Source of the DNA: Octopus sinensis
Taxonomy: Eukaryota
DNA length: 64,000 nt
Direction: 5' to 3'
NCBI RefSeq assembly: GCF_006345805.1
Contig: NC_043000.1
Span: 124,620,001-124,684,000 of the forward strand
Positions 12,297 to 25,622 of this stretch are shown here, piece after piece. How positions within the stretch are numbered: position 1 is the first letter of the stretch; every line of letters begins with the position of its first letter. Below the pieces are notes generated by a model. It was not told the origin of the DNA. It worked only from the letters and a program-made list of their open reading frames with translations, and made no database searches. The position numbers and the translations under genes are program-made.

Positions 12297-12400
12297 TTAC
12301 ACTGACGAGAATGGTAATACATAACTATTTTAATTACTGTTATTAGAGTTAATGTATTTTCTTACATGTTTGTATTACCATTTGAAACTGTCGTACGTGG
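12297..12400 (+). ncRNA. Type-I hammerhead motif with long stem II (Penelope pLTR-like)
   Basis: UUACA CUGACGA G AAUGGUAAUAC...GUAUUACCAUU U GAAAC UGUC GUA CGUGG, with an 11-bp perfect stem II. Confidence 0.6.
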
Positions 12401-12746
12401 AAATTAAATTCTAATTTGAACTTTTAACATTTTCTCTTCTCCATTTTTCTAAGTGTTAGTAGTGTTTTATATAAGATTTTATCTTATACATACCTATAAC
12501 AACAAACTCTTTACTTGTTATTTTCATATTTTAATTGCTTGCTTTAGTAGGCTATCATTTTGATACGATGAATATTTATTAGAAATATTTCTTTTTGGAC
12601 TCACCAAAAAGTTTGATTTGTTCTACTTGAACTTATTCTTTTACACACACACACACACACACAGAATTTACAAAATAACAAAAGACAAAGATGGGTGCGT
12701 AAACAACAACAGATGTATTAGTTTAACGCTCAGGAAGTGAGAAAGT

Positions 12747-12782
12747 CTTTTACGTTTCGAGTCTACTCTCTTCAACAGAGAG
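12747..12782 (-). ncRNA. Minimal hammerhead-like motif with variant core CUGUUGA
   Basis: Minus strand: CUCU CUGUUGA A GAG AGUAGA CUC GAAAC GUA AAAG; stem III is the ACGU palindrome. Confidence 0.55.
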
Positions 12783-12881
12783 GAACACAGAAATAAACAG
12801 GGAGAGAAAATAGAAAAGGCTTAGTGGCTAGTGATCTATCATGGCGAATGCCAGACAGATACATGCCTACAACAAAATTTT

Positions 12882-12918
<37 letters not shown>

Positions 12919-13009
12919 ATAGAAATGGTAAGACAACAAAAGAATGAAAGAGATCGATATTATGTAAATAGAGGATTTTTTTCATAGCATTTTTTCCGAT
13001 GGCCGGATA

Positions 13010-13070
13010 GATAACTGAAGAGATGGTGGCATGGATTTCCACCCCGACATCCGAAACTCTGAGTTTTATC
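13010..13070 (+). ncRNA. Minimal type-I hammerhead motif, core intact
   Basis: GAUAA CUGAAGA GAUG..CAUCC GAAA CUC U GAG UU UUAUC: perfect 5-bp stem I, quasi-palindromic stem III and a GUU triplet. Confidence 0.7.
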
Positions 13071-13244
13071 ATGGCTACCGAATAATTGTCACATATTACA
13101 TTTACAGATATATATATGTATATATATATGACATTTACCACATGAACTACGATGAAAAGAATGGTATGATGAAAGACATGGTATATAATTTTTTTGTGTA
13201 TATATATATATATATTGCGATTATGAAATTATCATTAGCTTATC

Positions 13245-13320
13245 TCACTCTTTCTTGTAGAACCCCTGGGAATCTTTGTGGAACCCTAGGGTTCCAGGGA
13301 ACCCCAGTTGAGAAATGCTG
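13245..13320. mobile_element. hAT-type terminal fragment (MITE end)
   Basis: ggaaccctagggttcc subterminal palindrome followed by ttgagaaatgctg (reverse complement resembles CAGYRTTTCTCAA hAT termini). Similar end at 31600-31662. Confidence 0.5.
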
Positions 13321-13401
13321 GCCTAGTGGCTAGGGTTTTGCACTCATGATCACGAGATCATAGTTTCATCTCCCCACATACAAACACAAAAACACACACA
13401 T

Positions 13402-13451
<50 letters not shown>

Positions 13452-13813
13452 ACATACAACAGGCTTCCTCAAAATTTCTGTCCATCTAATTCACTCACAA
13501 AGCATTGTTCAGTCTGGGGCTACAGTAGAAGACATTTGCCCAAGGTGCCGCCCAGTGGAACTGAACCAGAAACCACATGCTTATATAACAAGCTTCTTAA
13601 CCACACAGCAACATCTGTGCTTCCATAGATTCATGTTAGATTTATTTCTCTTGTCACAACACAATCATTCGCTTTGGGAAAATTGTCAGAAAGTTTCTAT
13701 AAATTGCACTAACTCTGTTTTCACTCATAAACTATTGTTTCTAGTTTTAAAATCAAAAATATCAGATTCCCAAGCTCATTGTTCAGAGGATGATTTCAAA
13801 AATAACAAGATTT

Positions 13814-13814
<1 letters not shown>

Positions 13815-13879
<65 letters not shown>

Positions 13880-13903
13880 ATATATATTACATATATATAT
13901 ATA

Positions 13904-13935
<32 letters not shown>

Positions 13936-14083
13936 TATATATATATATATGCATGCGTGTGTGTGTGTGTGTACATATATATTATATATATATATATATA
14001 TAATGTATATATATATATATATGAATTTATATATATATATATACATACACATATATATATATGTATATATATATATGTATATA

Positions 14084-14170
<87 letters not shown>

Positions 14171-14199
14171 ATATATGTACATTGTTGTTGTTATTATTA

Positions 14200-14258
<59 letters not shown>

Positions 14259-14351
14259 TACAGAATGTAAAGTTCGGCTCTGCTTATCAAATCATCACAG
14301 AAAACACACATGCTAGTTTCTTTACATATATATATACATACATATATACAT

Positions 14352-14449
<98 letters not shown>

Positions 14450-14500
14450 ATGTATATATTTATGTATATATATCACACTCACACATATATATATATATGC
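13815..14500. repeat. (TA)n/(TTA)n microsatellite mosaic
   Basis: Read directly. Confidence 0.95.
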
Positions 14501-14979
14501 ATACCCAAAATAAACATAATAATAATTGGTGTGAGGCTATAAAATGTTGTGACATTCATACATTTTCCGCAGCACACTAGCAAGACAGATATATTAAAAA
14601 TGACTATGACAAAGAACTGAAAAGCTTTCCTCTACAGCACTTATTATCACTTGTCGATAATTTAATAAATATTACAAGTCAAAGTTACTACTGTATGTTG
14701 CTACCTGAACAATGTATAAATTTAATTAGTGCTTAACAGCTAACATTTCTTTTATTCAATTAGGAATTGATGTTGAGTATCTTCTGAAATGCAAGTTATA
14801 TATAAAAAGAGTATTTCTTCAAAGTTATTGTTGTTGATAGAATATTAGAAATTAACATGAAATTCAAAAAGCAGCAAATGTTTCTGAGACTATTTGGAAG
14901 CTAAACTGTTAGTGTATCAGCCTGCCTGCTCTAGGATTGATGCTTGGTTCATTTCATTGTTAATAATTTATGGTGTCTA

Positions 14980-15575
14980 AGGCAGTGAGCTGGCAGAAAT
15001 GTCAACACGCAGGGCAAAATGCTTAGTGGTATTTTGTCTGTCTTTACGTTCTGAGTTCAAATTCCACCAAGGTTGACTTTGCCTTTCATCCTTTCGGAGT
15101 CAATAAACTAAGTACCGGTTACACACTGGTGTCGATATAATCGACTTATTCCCTTTGTCTGTCCTTGTTTGTCCCCTCTATGTTTAGCCCCTTGTGGACA
15201 ATAAAGAAATAAGAAATGTCAGCACACAGGGCGAAATGCTTAGTGGTATTTCGTCTGTCTTTATGTTCTGAGTTCAAATTCCACCGAGGTTGACTTTTCC
15301 TTTCATCCTTTCGGAATCGATAAATTAAGTACCATTTGTGTACTGGGGTCAATCCAATCGACTGACCCCCCCTCCCCTCAAAATTTCGGGCCTTGTACCT
15401 AAAGTAGAAAAGAATATTTTATGGTGTCTCAGGTGGTGAGCTAGCAGAAACGTTAGCACGCTGGGTGAAATGCTTAGCAGTGTTTTGTCCATCTAATGTT
15501 CTGAGTTTAAATTTTGCCAAGGTTGACTTTGCCTTTCATCCTTTCAGGTCAATAAAAATAAGTATCAGTTAAGGA
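14980..15575 (+). mobile_element. Three consecutive SINE family B copies
   Basis: Family B sequence restarts at about 14980, 15215 and 15430. Confidence 0.8.
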
Positions 15576-15619
15576 AATACAACCATTTTAAACAGTAGAA
15601 TATTCTGTATTTGATTTGA

Positions 15620-15838
15620 CCCTTTTGATACCAACCTTTCGGAACTGCCTCTGGCTCTGTAGTACAAATGTCTTGTTTTCATAAGTTCTAAATTAAAAAC
15701 TTTCACCAAACCTTAGTCACAATTTATGTTCCTAACACTAGCTTAATGATAACTAAGTTATTTTACTAAATTCTTTGTTTTATTTAAAATTAATTGAAAG
15801 AAATAGAGCATCTCAAAATGAATATGGTAACAAAAGGG
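15620..15838 (+). mobile_element. piggyBac-like MITE
   Basis: Same family as 7879; ends AAAGGG|TTAA. Confidence 0.75.
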
Positions 15839-16035
15839 TTAATGCTTTTTTTCTTGGTGAAATTCTAATGAAAAAAGTCAATCCCATTGGAAAATCTTCA
15901 ATAGATTTTCTTCCTAACCCATAGAAAGTTAACATCTCTCTACCTCTGAATACTCAGGAAACTGGAAGAAGTTTCATGTAATTTGAAATTATTTTAAAAT
16001 CTCACAAGAGATATTCAGCAACAGTTCTTTGGAGT

Positions 16036-16496
16036 AAAGATTTTTGCCAACATAACAAAGCAATCCTGGTTCAGGACAAATGTTGCTGTAATTTAGCCCC
16101 AGGAGACATTGTCTGCAGCTGGCTATACAACATGATCTGTGTCCTTATATGTTTGAAAATATAAGTACACAGAAAGCACCAACCGATTGTGGCTGCTGCC
16201 AGCCTCCCCTGGCACGTAAAAAGCACCCACTACACTCATGGAGTAGTTGGCGTTAGGAAGGGCATCCAGCTGTAGAAACACTGTTAGATCAGACTGGATT
16301 CTGGTGCAGCCTTCTGGCTTCCCAGACCCTGGTCAAACCGTCCAACCTGTGCTAGCACTGAAAACGGACATTAAACGATGATGATGATGATGATGATCAT
16401 GTCCTATAGACAACTGGAGACTATGTCTCCTGGGGCTAAATTACAGCAACATTCGCCCTAAATCAGGACTGCCATGTTATGTTAGCAAAAATATTT
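16036..16496. mobile_element. MITE with ~95-bp TIRs carrying a nested SINE C (about 16195-16395)
   Basis: About 16040-16138 is a reverse-complement match to about 16396-16493, sharing aatgttgctgtaatttagccccaggagacat. Confidence 0.7.
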
Positions 16497-16705
16497 AATT
16501 TGAAATTGATAGAAAGAAATAAATAGAAAATGTGAGATTTGTAAAACAATTTTTTCCATTTTTTACTTTATGGTGATTGAGAGTGCAGTTGATAGATTTG
16601 AAAAGAAATATTTTGGAAGGAGGACAGGGCCAATGCCATTGAGCTTTGCATATCCTTCCAGACTGGTCAGGTTTTGTGGTTGACAATTGAATGGTGCCAA
16701 TATGT

Positions 16706-17089
16706 TTTATCTTTTACTTGTTTCAGTTATTAGACTGCGGCCATGCTGGAGCACCTTCTTGAAGAAATTTTTAGTTGAATGAATTGACCCCAGTACTTAT
16801 TTATTTTTATTCTTGAGCCTAATACTTATTCTGTCAATTACTTTTGCTGGACCACTAGTTTACAGGGACATAAACACACCAACACCGGTTGTCAAGTGGT
16901 TGTGAGGGGAAACACACACCACACACACACACAATGGGCTCCTTTCAGTTTCCATCTACCAAATCCACTCACAAAGCTTTGTTTGGCCCGGGCTATAGTA
17001 TAAGACTCTTACCCAAGGTGCCACATAATGGGACTGAACCCAGAACCATGCGGTTTGAGAAGCAAACTTCTTACCACACAGTCATGCCT
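16706..17089 (-). mobile_element. SINE family A
   Basis: Match to family A. Confidence 0.8.
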
Positions 17090-18016
17090 GGGGAAGAATT
17101 GATTAGGCAAAGAATTTAGTGTAGGGTTCATTAGGATGAAACACAGAAGGGTTAATGAGAGAAAGGTGCATCAGAATTTGAGTAAGGGTGTAATACTTGC
17201 TACGTATGAGAAACAGAAGGCAGAGATAAGAGACAGTGTTCTTATGAGCCAGTAATTGCTGCTTGGAGCTGAATGAATCTTTGTCATTTAGATGGATGTG
17301 GACCTCCTATGGGCTGGTAGGTGGCTGGGTCATTGAGTTCTTCTCTGAGACATTATATCTAAAACTATATTATCCAATATGCCCATGGGGGATTGGATAA
17401 TGTAGTTTCATGGCAGTAAGTTGTAATTTGAAAGACATCTGGCTCCTATTTCTGAAATGTTGAATGGCCATGTAGGAGTTACATCATTGGTTTGTGTAGG
17501 TCTAGAGATAATAGGACCCAGATTCTACCGATCTTATTTTGAAGTCAATAGGTTTAAGCAGCTATTGATGAACATTCATAGAGGGATAATCAAAGAAGCT
17601 GACTTGATCATCAGGCAACAAATGAACTGATCAACAAATAAATTCTAATAATAATGAGATTATTGTGTACAGCGTTTAAATGCACAATAATTTGTTGAAA
17701 GAGAGGACAGAAAGCAGTCACAAGTCAAGTAAAGAAAGACAGCAAGAAAAGCTACAACCACTTGTGTAGTACACAGAATAAAGCACCATAAGACAGAAGT
17801 GAACAGTAAAAGAGACAAAGAGGGAAATATGCATGAACACATCAAGAGTAGTGCTGGCAAAGTGCGGAAAGAATGCAATTTTCTAAAGGATGCAGTATCC
17901 TGAAGCTAACAATTAATGGAAGTAGTTTATACCATGCTTCATCAATTCTGAACATGAAAAAGTGTTTCCAAAAGTTATGGTTGTTGCAATGCTTTATGAT
18001 TTTATAAACATGTACA

Positions 18017-18432
18017 TAGGCGCAGGAGTGGCTGTGTGCTAAGTAGCTTGCTTACGAACCACATAGTTCCAGGTTCAGTCCCACTGCATGGCACCTTGGG
18101 CAAGTGTCTTCTACTATAGCCTCGGGCCGACCAAAGTCTTGTGAGTGGATTTGTTGGATGGAAACTAAAAGAAGCCCATCGTATATATCTATATATATAT
18201 GTATGTGTGTGTATATGTTTGTGTGTCTGTGTTTGTCCCCCTAACATCACTTGACAACCGATGCTGGTGTGTCTACGTCCCCGTAACTTAGCGGTTCGGC
18301 AAAAGAGACTGATAGAATAAGTACTAGTCTTCCAAAGAATAAGTCCTGGAGTTGATTTGCTTGACTAAAGGTGGTGCTCCAGCATGGCTGCAGTCAAATG
18401 ACTGAAACAAGTAAAAGAGAGTAAAAAGAGTA
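18017..18432 (+). mobile_element. SINE family A, full length
   Basis: taggcgcaggagtggctgtg head through gtaaaaagagta tail. Confidence 0.85.
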
Positions 18433-18728
18433 GGTGACAGAGCTATTGAATTTAAAAAGGGTGGCCAAATTTATTGTCATTAGAAAGATGGTAGATAAAT
18501 TTTGTTGGGGTTCTACCAAGTTAGCTGCCAGACATCAAAACTTCAGTGTGTCAATGCTCAGAGAAGCAATATATTCAAGATATGGTGAGTGATTAACAGT
18601 GGGTATTTGTCTGGTTGCATGTCCAGGACAACTTCCAGCAGAATGATATTTTTTAACAAGATGATGGTCCTGGACTGGTGGTCCAAACAGTGTGGACATA
18701 CCATGGTGATTTATAGTTTTAAATATTT

Positions 18729-18946
18729 GCGATGGGGTGCTGACAAGTTCCTAGCTTTAAGAATATTGTGGAAGGCCAAGTATGAGATCCAACTTTCTGA
18801 GTTTGTTTTACAAGGCTTAGAAAAAATGAAGGATTGCTGCAATAAGTGTGTGAATCTGAGAGGGGAATATGTTGAATAAAATCAGAATTAACTGATCCTC
18901 CTGTATTTTCTTTTACCCAAAACCAAGAACTTTTCATCACCCATGA
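18729..18946 (+). mobile_element. mariner-derived MITE
   Basis: TIR ggggtgctga(a/c)aagttcct...agaacttttcatcaccc. Internal transposase C-terminal remnant GLEKMKDCCNKCVNLRGEYVE*. Confidence 0.75.
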
Positions 18947-19197
18947 GTGGGTGGTGAGCAATTGACAAAGATTTTACTGAGTGATGCTAAAAGACCCCCA
19001 GCCTTTGGTGATTTTAGAAATATGGTTCCTCCAACACAGAATATTCTGCTGGTTTGTGTCATATTACAAACCAGCAGAATATTCTGCTGGTTTGTGTCAC
19101 ATTACAAACCATGAGATCTACCAAAATTAAATGATTCTAATGCAGAAGAAAGGCTGGCCATCGGTTTTCAAATAGCTGAAGATAACAAAGAAAAATA

Positions 19198-19255
<58 letters not shown>

Positions 19256-19274
19256 TATATAAAATTGTAGTTGT

Positions 19275-19615
19275 GATGCCCGTGCTGGGGGCACATAAAA
19301 AGCACCATCCAAACATGGCCAATGCCAGTGCCGCCTTGACTGGCTTCCATGCCGGTGGCACGAAATAAGCACCAACCCCGATCGTGGATGTTGCCAGCCT
19401 CCTCTGGCCCCTGTGCCGGTGGCATGTAAAAAGCACCCACTACATTCACAGAGTGGTTGGTGTTAGAAAGGGCATCCAGCTGTAGAAACACTACCAGATC
19501 AGACTGGAGCCTGGTGCAGCCTCCTGGCTTCCCAGACTCTGGTCGAACCGTCCAATCCATGCTAGCATGGAAAATGGACATTAAACAATGATGATGATAA
19601 TAATGATGATGATGA
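19275..19615 (+). mobile_element. SINE family C
   Basis: Family motifs and (GAT)n tail. Confidence 0.8.
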
Positions 19616-19944
19616 TATATATATATATATCCATTTTATGTCACAATGAACACTAACAGACTTTAAGTCAACGTATTATACTTCTTAGTTTATAAAATAT
19701 CTGTACGAAGCAAGAATCAATACAGGCTGGAAGCTAGAGCTAAAGCTATTATTTTAATCTTAATTGCTCACGCTATAAAGGCAGGCATTAAGACTAGTTT
19801 GGATAAATGTAGTTTTATTACTTGAGATATATTCAATCATTAAAGTTTTTGAATTAGTTTGGTGGAATATTTTTAACTTTTACTTAAATCCTAATACAAC
19901 TTACTTGAATTAGAAAGAATTCTAATGATGTAGCTATATGTATG

Positions 19945-19965
19945 CGTACATACACATAAACATAC

Positions 19966-19996
<31 letters not shown>

Positions 19997-20048
19997 CATA
20001 CACATATACATACACACATATATACACATATGCATATACATACATACA

Positions 20049-20116
<68 letters not shown>

Positions 20117-20184
20117 TACACAGGCACATATATAAACCTGTCTACACCAATTATATTATATGTATGTCTGTCTATCTATCTGTA

Positions 20185-20265
<81 letters not shown>

Positions 20266-20345
20266 GTCTGTCTGTCTGTCTGTCTCTCTGCTTGTCTGTC
20301 TATCTATCTGTCTGTCTGTTTGTCTATCTATCTATCTGTCTATCG

Positions 20346-20383
<38 letters not shown>

Positions 20384-20478
20384 TTGTCTGTCTGTCTGTT
20401 TGTCTATGTATGTATGTATCTATCTATCTGTCTGCCTGTCTGTCTATATATCTGTCTATCTATCTATCTGTCTATCTG

Positions 20479-20556
<78 letters not shown>

Positions 20557-20600
20557 CACCTACCTACCTACCTCTCTCTCTCTCTATCTATCTATTTATA
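19945..20600. repeat. (TACA)n, (TA)n, (TCTA)n/(TCTG)n microsatellite block
   Basis: Read directly. Confidence 0.95.
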
Positions 20601-21092
20601 TATTGACTGGATGGAACCAGAAACATTTTGCTTCTTTTTCAAAGAAGTCACAAAGCTGCAGTTTTATAGATTAGCTGGAATTAAAGACAGCCAGTCAAAA
20701 TATAATTGGCTTTTAATAAATTGAACATTTTGTTGTCTAGAGCTAGTTATTTATTTCTATTTTATACTGCAAATGGTGAATAATAGAGTCATTAGTTATA
20801 AGTTCCTAACAAGTCAATCATCGGCTTACTTCATTTCTGATGACAAATGTGACAAGGAAGTATCTGTATTTTTGTGCAGAACAAATATCAAAAGGAGCTT
20901 TGTTCAAAGTGTACTAGGTTTTGATATTTTTGGCAGTGTTAATATCCATATATACACCTACACACTCACACACATGCACACACACACACACACATGCATG
21001 TTCACATATTCACATGCATATATATACATGCGTATATATGTGTATGTGCATGTGTGTATGTATGTGTGTGTTTATCTATATGTCATCCTTCT

Positions 21093-21344
21093 TACTCTTT
21101 ACTCTTTACTCTCTTTTACTTGTTTCAGTCATTTGATTGTGGCCATGTTGGAGCACCGCCTTTAGTCGAGCAAATCGACCTCAGGACTCATTCTTTGTAA
21201 GCCTAGTACATATTCTATTGGTTCTCTTTTGCCGAACTGCTAAGTTACAGGGACATAAGCACACCAGCATCAGTTGTCAAGCGATGTTGGGTTCAAACAC
21301 AGACACACAAACACACAAACACACACACACACACACAAACACAC

Positions 21345-21378
<34 letters not shown>

Positions 21379-21524
21379 CGACGGGCTTCTTTTAGTTTCC
21401 ATCTACCAAATCCACTCACAAAGCTTTGGTTGGCCTGAGGTTGCCCAAGGTGCTACGCAGTGAGACTGAACCCGGAACCATGTGGTTGGTAAGCAAGCTA
21501 CTTACCACACAGCCACTCCTGCGC
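21093..21524 (-). mobile_element. SINE family A
   Basis: Match to family A. Confidence 0.85.
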
Positions 21525-21899
21525 TTCCTCATCCTTTTTGTATTATGTCCATTTTATATGCCACCATGAGTTGGATAATCATTCGAGTTGAGTTAGATTA
21601 TATTTGACGACTGCTTGCCCTTCTTGATGAGTTGAAGGACCACCTCTCACTTTGATGTCTCAATGAACTTATTGTATACAGTGCTCAAGTTCACTACAAC
21701 TCAGCAGAAAAATTAACCAAAACTGCATGAACAGCACATAGAATAAGACACAGGAAGTGAATAGAAAATGAGTCATTTAACAGAAACTCCAACAAAACTC
21801 TCCCACAAAACTTTGGCAATAATGTTTTCTTTTCCTGTCTCAGTCTCTTTTGTTATCTCCATTCTGTCACTCCCTAAAAGGTCCAACACCCTAACCATT

Positions 21900-22035
21900 A
21901 GGCTACACACCTCCACAGATAGCTGCTTTAGGGAAGATAATCTATAGCTAGCTAGCTCAGAGGAGCATTGGCCATTGTAGTAGTGGCAGAAGAAGTAGAG
22001 AAAACAGTACCTCATTAGTGCTGGTGCTACATTAA
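21900..22035 (-). mobile_element. L2/CR1-group LINE RT C-terminal remnant
   Basis: Translates to YCFLYFFCHYYNGQCSSELAS, resembling the L2 'LFYRYYxGxCSxEL' motif. Confidence 0.45.
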
Positions 22036-22544
22036 AATACACTTAGTATATGTTGTCAATCAAGTGAGCAGAGAAAGCATAGGGTTGAGAGGACCCTTTA
22101 GTTATATAAAGAGCATAGGAATCTGTCTAGAGCTGGTTCCATGATAAAGTCTACCCAGTACAATCTGTAAAAGTGGTTGGTGTTGGGAAGACTACCAGTC
22201 ATAGAAACCATGCTCTGAACATCTTGTTTCACTGGACATGGACACATTAAATCTCCAACATCTGGCAACTGACTTGGTAGACACCCACAAGATTATCCAT
22301 CATCTTTCCAATAACAACCTTGGGAACCTTGAGTTCCATTTGTCTAAAACTCATGGAATGCTTATGAAATCAAATCAAAAAACCAACACGGCAGCCAAGA
22401 CTTTTGGAAACATCTTTTCACACTCAGTGTAGTGATGAGAGACTCATGATTCCATGCCAATCAGTTGAGTGGCTTTTATGAGGATGTGCTCTGGAAAGCT
22501 TGTTTGTGGAACAGTTGCACTATCTTAAATGTGGAAACAGCATT

Positions 22545-23737
22545 CTAACAACAGATATTTTGAACAACAGACATTTTGAAACAACTGACAATTTGAACAA
22601 CAGACATTTTGAAACAACTGACAATTTGAAACAACAGACATTTTGAAACAACAGACATTTTGAAACAACAGACATTTTCGAAACAACAGACATTTTGAAC
22701 AACAGACATTTTGAAACAACAGACATTTTGAAACAACTGACAATTTGAACAACAAACATTTTGAAACAACAGACATTTTGACACAACAGACATTTTGAAA
22801 CAATAGACATTTTGAAACAACAGACATTTTGAAACAACTGACATTTTGAAACAACAGACATTTTCGAAACAACAGACATTTTGAAACAATAGACATTTTG
22901 AAACAACTGACAATTTGAACAACAGACATTTTGAAACAATAGACATTTTGAAACAACTGACATTTTGAACAACAGACATTTTGAAACAACAGACATTTTG
23001 AAACAACAGACATTTTGAACAACAGACATTTTGAAACAATAGACATTTTAAAACAACTGACAATTTGAACAACAGACATTTTGAAACAACAGACATTTTG
23101 AAACAACAGACATTTTGAAACAACAAACATTTTAAAACAACAGACATTTTGAAACAACAGACATTTTGAAACAACAGACATTTTGACACAACAGACATTT
23201 TGAAACAACAGACATTTTGAAATAACTGACAATTTGAAACAACAGACAATTTGAACAACAGACATTTTGAAACAACAGACAATTTGAACAACAGACATTT
23301 TGAAACAACTGACAATTTGAAACAACAGACATTTTGAAACAACTGACATTTTGAAACAACAGACATTTTGAAACAACAGACATTTTTGAAACAACAGACA
23401 TTTTGAACAACAGACAATTTGAAACAACAAGTATTTTGAAACAACAGACATTTTGAAACAACAGACATTTTGAAACAACAAACATTTTGAAACAACAGAC
23501 ATTTTGAAACAACAGACAATTTGAAACAACAGACATTTTGAACAACAGACATTTTGAACAACAGACAATTTGAAACAACAAGTATTTTGAAACAACAGAC
23601 ATTTTGAAACAACAGACATTTTGAAACAACAAACATTTTGAAACAACAGACATTTTGAAACAACAGACATTTTGAAACAACAGACATTTTGAACAACAGA
23701 CATTTTCGAAACAACAGACATTTTGAAATAACAGACA
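22545..23737. repeat. Minisatellite with 17-bp unit GAAACAACAGACATTTT (~70 copies, 16-18-bp variants)
   Basis: Read directly; source of the Cys-rich minus-strand pseudo-ORFs. Confidence 0.95.
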
Positions 23738-23754
23738 TGATGATGATGTTGATG

Positions 23755-23894
23755 TTGGAATCAAACTCGGAATCTTGGGGTTAGTAGCCTGTACTCTTAA
23801 CCACTACGCCATATGCCCGTGGGCATATATGGACAAATATCTGTTGAATGTAAATAATGTACAGAATTCCCCATCTCTTAAATATAGAACTGTA
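23755..23894. mobile_element. Internally deleted copy of the palindromic tRNA-head/hammerhead element
   Basis: Reverse-complement tRNA head, centre atatgcccgtgggcatat, then the right terminus ...cttaaatatagaactgta. Confidence 0.75.
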
Positions 23895-25575
23895 CCCTCT
23901 CAGTCTATTCTACAGATGTTGAATTTTCTCCATAAAGCAAAACTTTTGTATCTTTTCTGTTCATCTTCATTGTCAAATATCTCTGATCACATATAATCTT
24001 TTTCTACAGAAAAAAACATCCCTCTAGAATGATATTCCTAGCCATATTTTTCTCATGTTATCTCTTTCTTTCAGTCCACAGCTGTTTTTTTTTAGACTGT
24101 GAACAGTGACCCTTCCATGGTAAATAAAAAAGGCAAAAAATAGAAACGAAAATAAGAAAGGAAAAGCGGATCATTTCGTAAGTACTGGAATGTATTGAAT
24201 TCTAAAAAGTAGTTTCTATAAGATTGGACAGAATGTCTGTTTAGAGAAGTTCCAAATTTAGAACAGTTCTTAGAGTATTTTGAAGTGGAAGAATAAAGTA
24301 AATGGATTTAAGATAACAGCAATTTCTCTCTAATCTACCAAACCTCCTTTTGAAATATCTTCAGACACACAAAAATCAAAACAAAACAAAGCAAAACAAA
24401 AAACAAAACAAAAACCAAAAACCAAAATAAAAAAGAAAAACAAAAAACAAATGGAAACCAGTCTAAAGGAAATGGGGGAGCTACTTCAAAAGACGACTAA
24501 AAAGTTTATTAATTGCAATCTGTTAAAGCTAATTATTAAAATTTCTTTTGATGAGTTATGAATTAATCTTATAAAAAACACTGTTCTATGTAGCTAAGGT
24601 TTTGTCTGGAATTCAAGTAAACACAGCAAAAGATGGTTTTAATAAAAGGTATTAATGATTTTATAGCGACCATATTGGAGGGTTAAATTGTGTTTGGAAT
24701 CTATAGACATTTTATTATTATAAATACAATGTTTTGTCCAATGAAACTAATACACAAATGAAAAATGGACAATAAATAGATGACATTATTGAAAGTTACA
24801 CTGTAAAAACTATTTCCATAAAAACGTGCAATTTATAAATATATGTACACAATGTAGGCAAACAGTTTTGTAGAAATATTGTTAATTTAAGTAACATCAT
24901 AATTAAAATATAGCTACTAATTTAGTTTATTGGTAAGAGAACAAATTGATAGTTTTATAAAAAGTAGATTAGTGTTTGTTGAAAATAATCTCTTGATGAA
25001 TTTGACCACATTAATGGTTATACTCGTGTTCCTTAAGATAGAAGGATAAGGAATTGGAAGGTTGTTGCATAAAAAAAATCTAAAATAAAACTTGTAATGT
25101 TCTGCAGTCTAAAATCTTTGAAAACCATTACATTAGTTGAGTATAGATTCAAAGATGACTTATAATTTAGTTTTAGCTACTCATTTTATCATTTTAAAAA
25201 GATGGTCATTTAAAATAGGAAACCTTTGATAAAATCAGAAAATAGACCAGTGAAAGAGCAAAATTTGCGTTGCCATTAAATATATTACGAAATGGAAAGG
25301 AAAGTAGAAAAAAAGAAAAAAATATTCTTCAATGAATCAAAATGATTCATACTGGTGGCCATTAATGGAATTTCAGGTCTATTCAAAGATTTTTTTTTTG
25401 GATAATGTTGCTGTTTTCTAATACACAAATATACACATACACATGTACACACACCTATGATATACATACATATGCATACATGTATATATTTAGAGACACA
25501 CACAAACATACATACATACAAACAAACATACATACATACATACACATATATACATACATATCTATACATATATAT

Positions 25576-25622
<47 letters not shown>

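Noticed and set aside
13555-14353. YI-repeat ORFs (also LSIY at 20030-20724 and FLS at 60269-61995)
   Set aside because: Translations of (TA)n, (TCTA)n, (CTTT)n and CT-rich tracts.
22545-23737. CRISPR-like regular repeat
   Set aside because: Units are contiguous with no unique spacers, there are no cas genes, and the context is eukaryotic.
22520-23764. ~400 aa Cys-rich ORFs resembling keratin-associated or metallothionein-like proteins
   Set aside because: All three frames give the same rotating peptide from a 17-bp unit; an artefact of a stop-free repeat.
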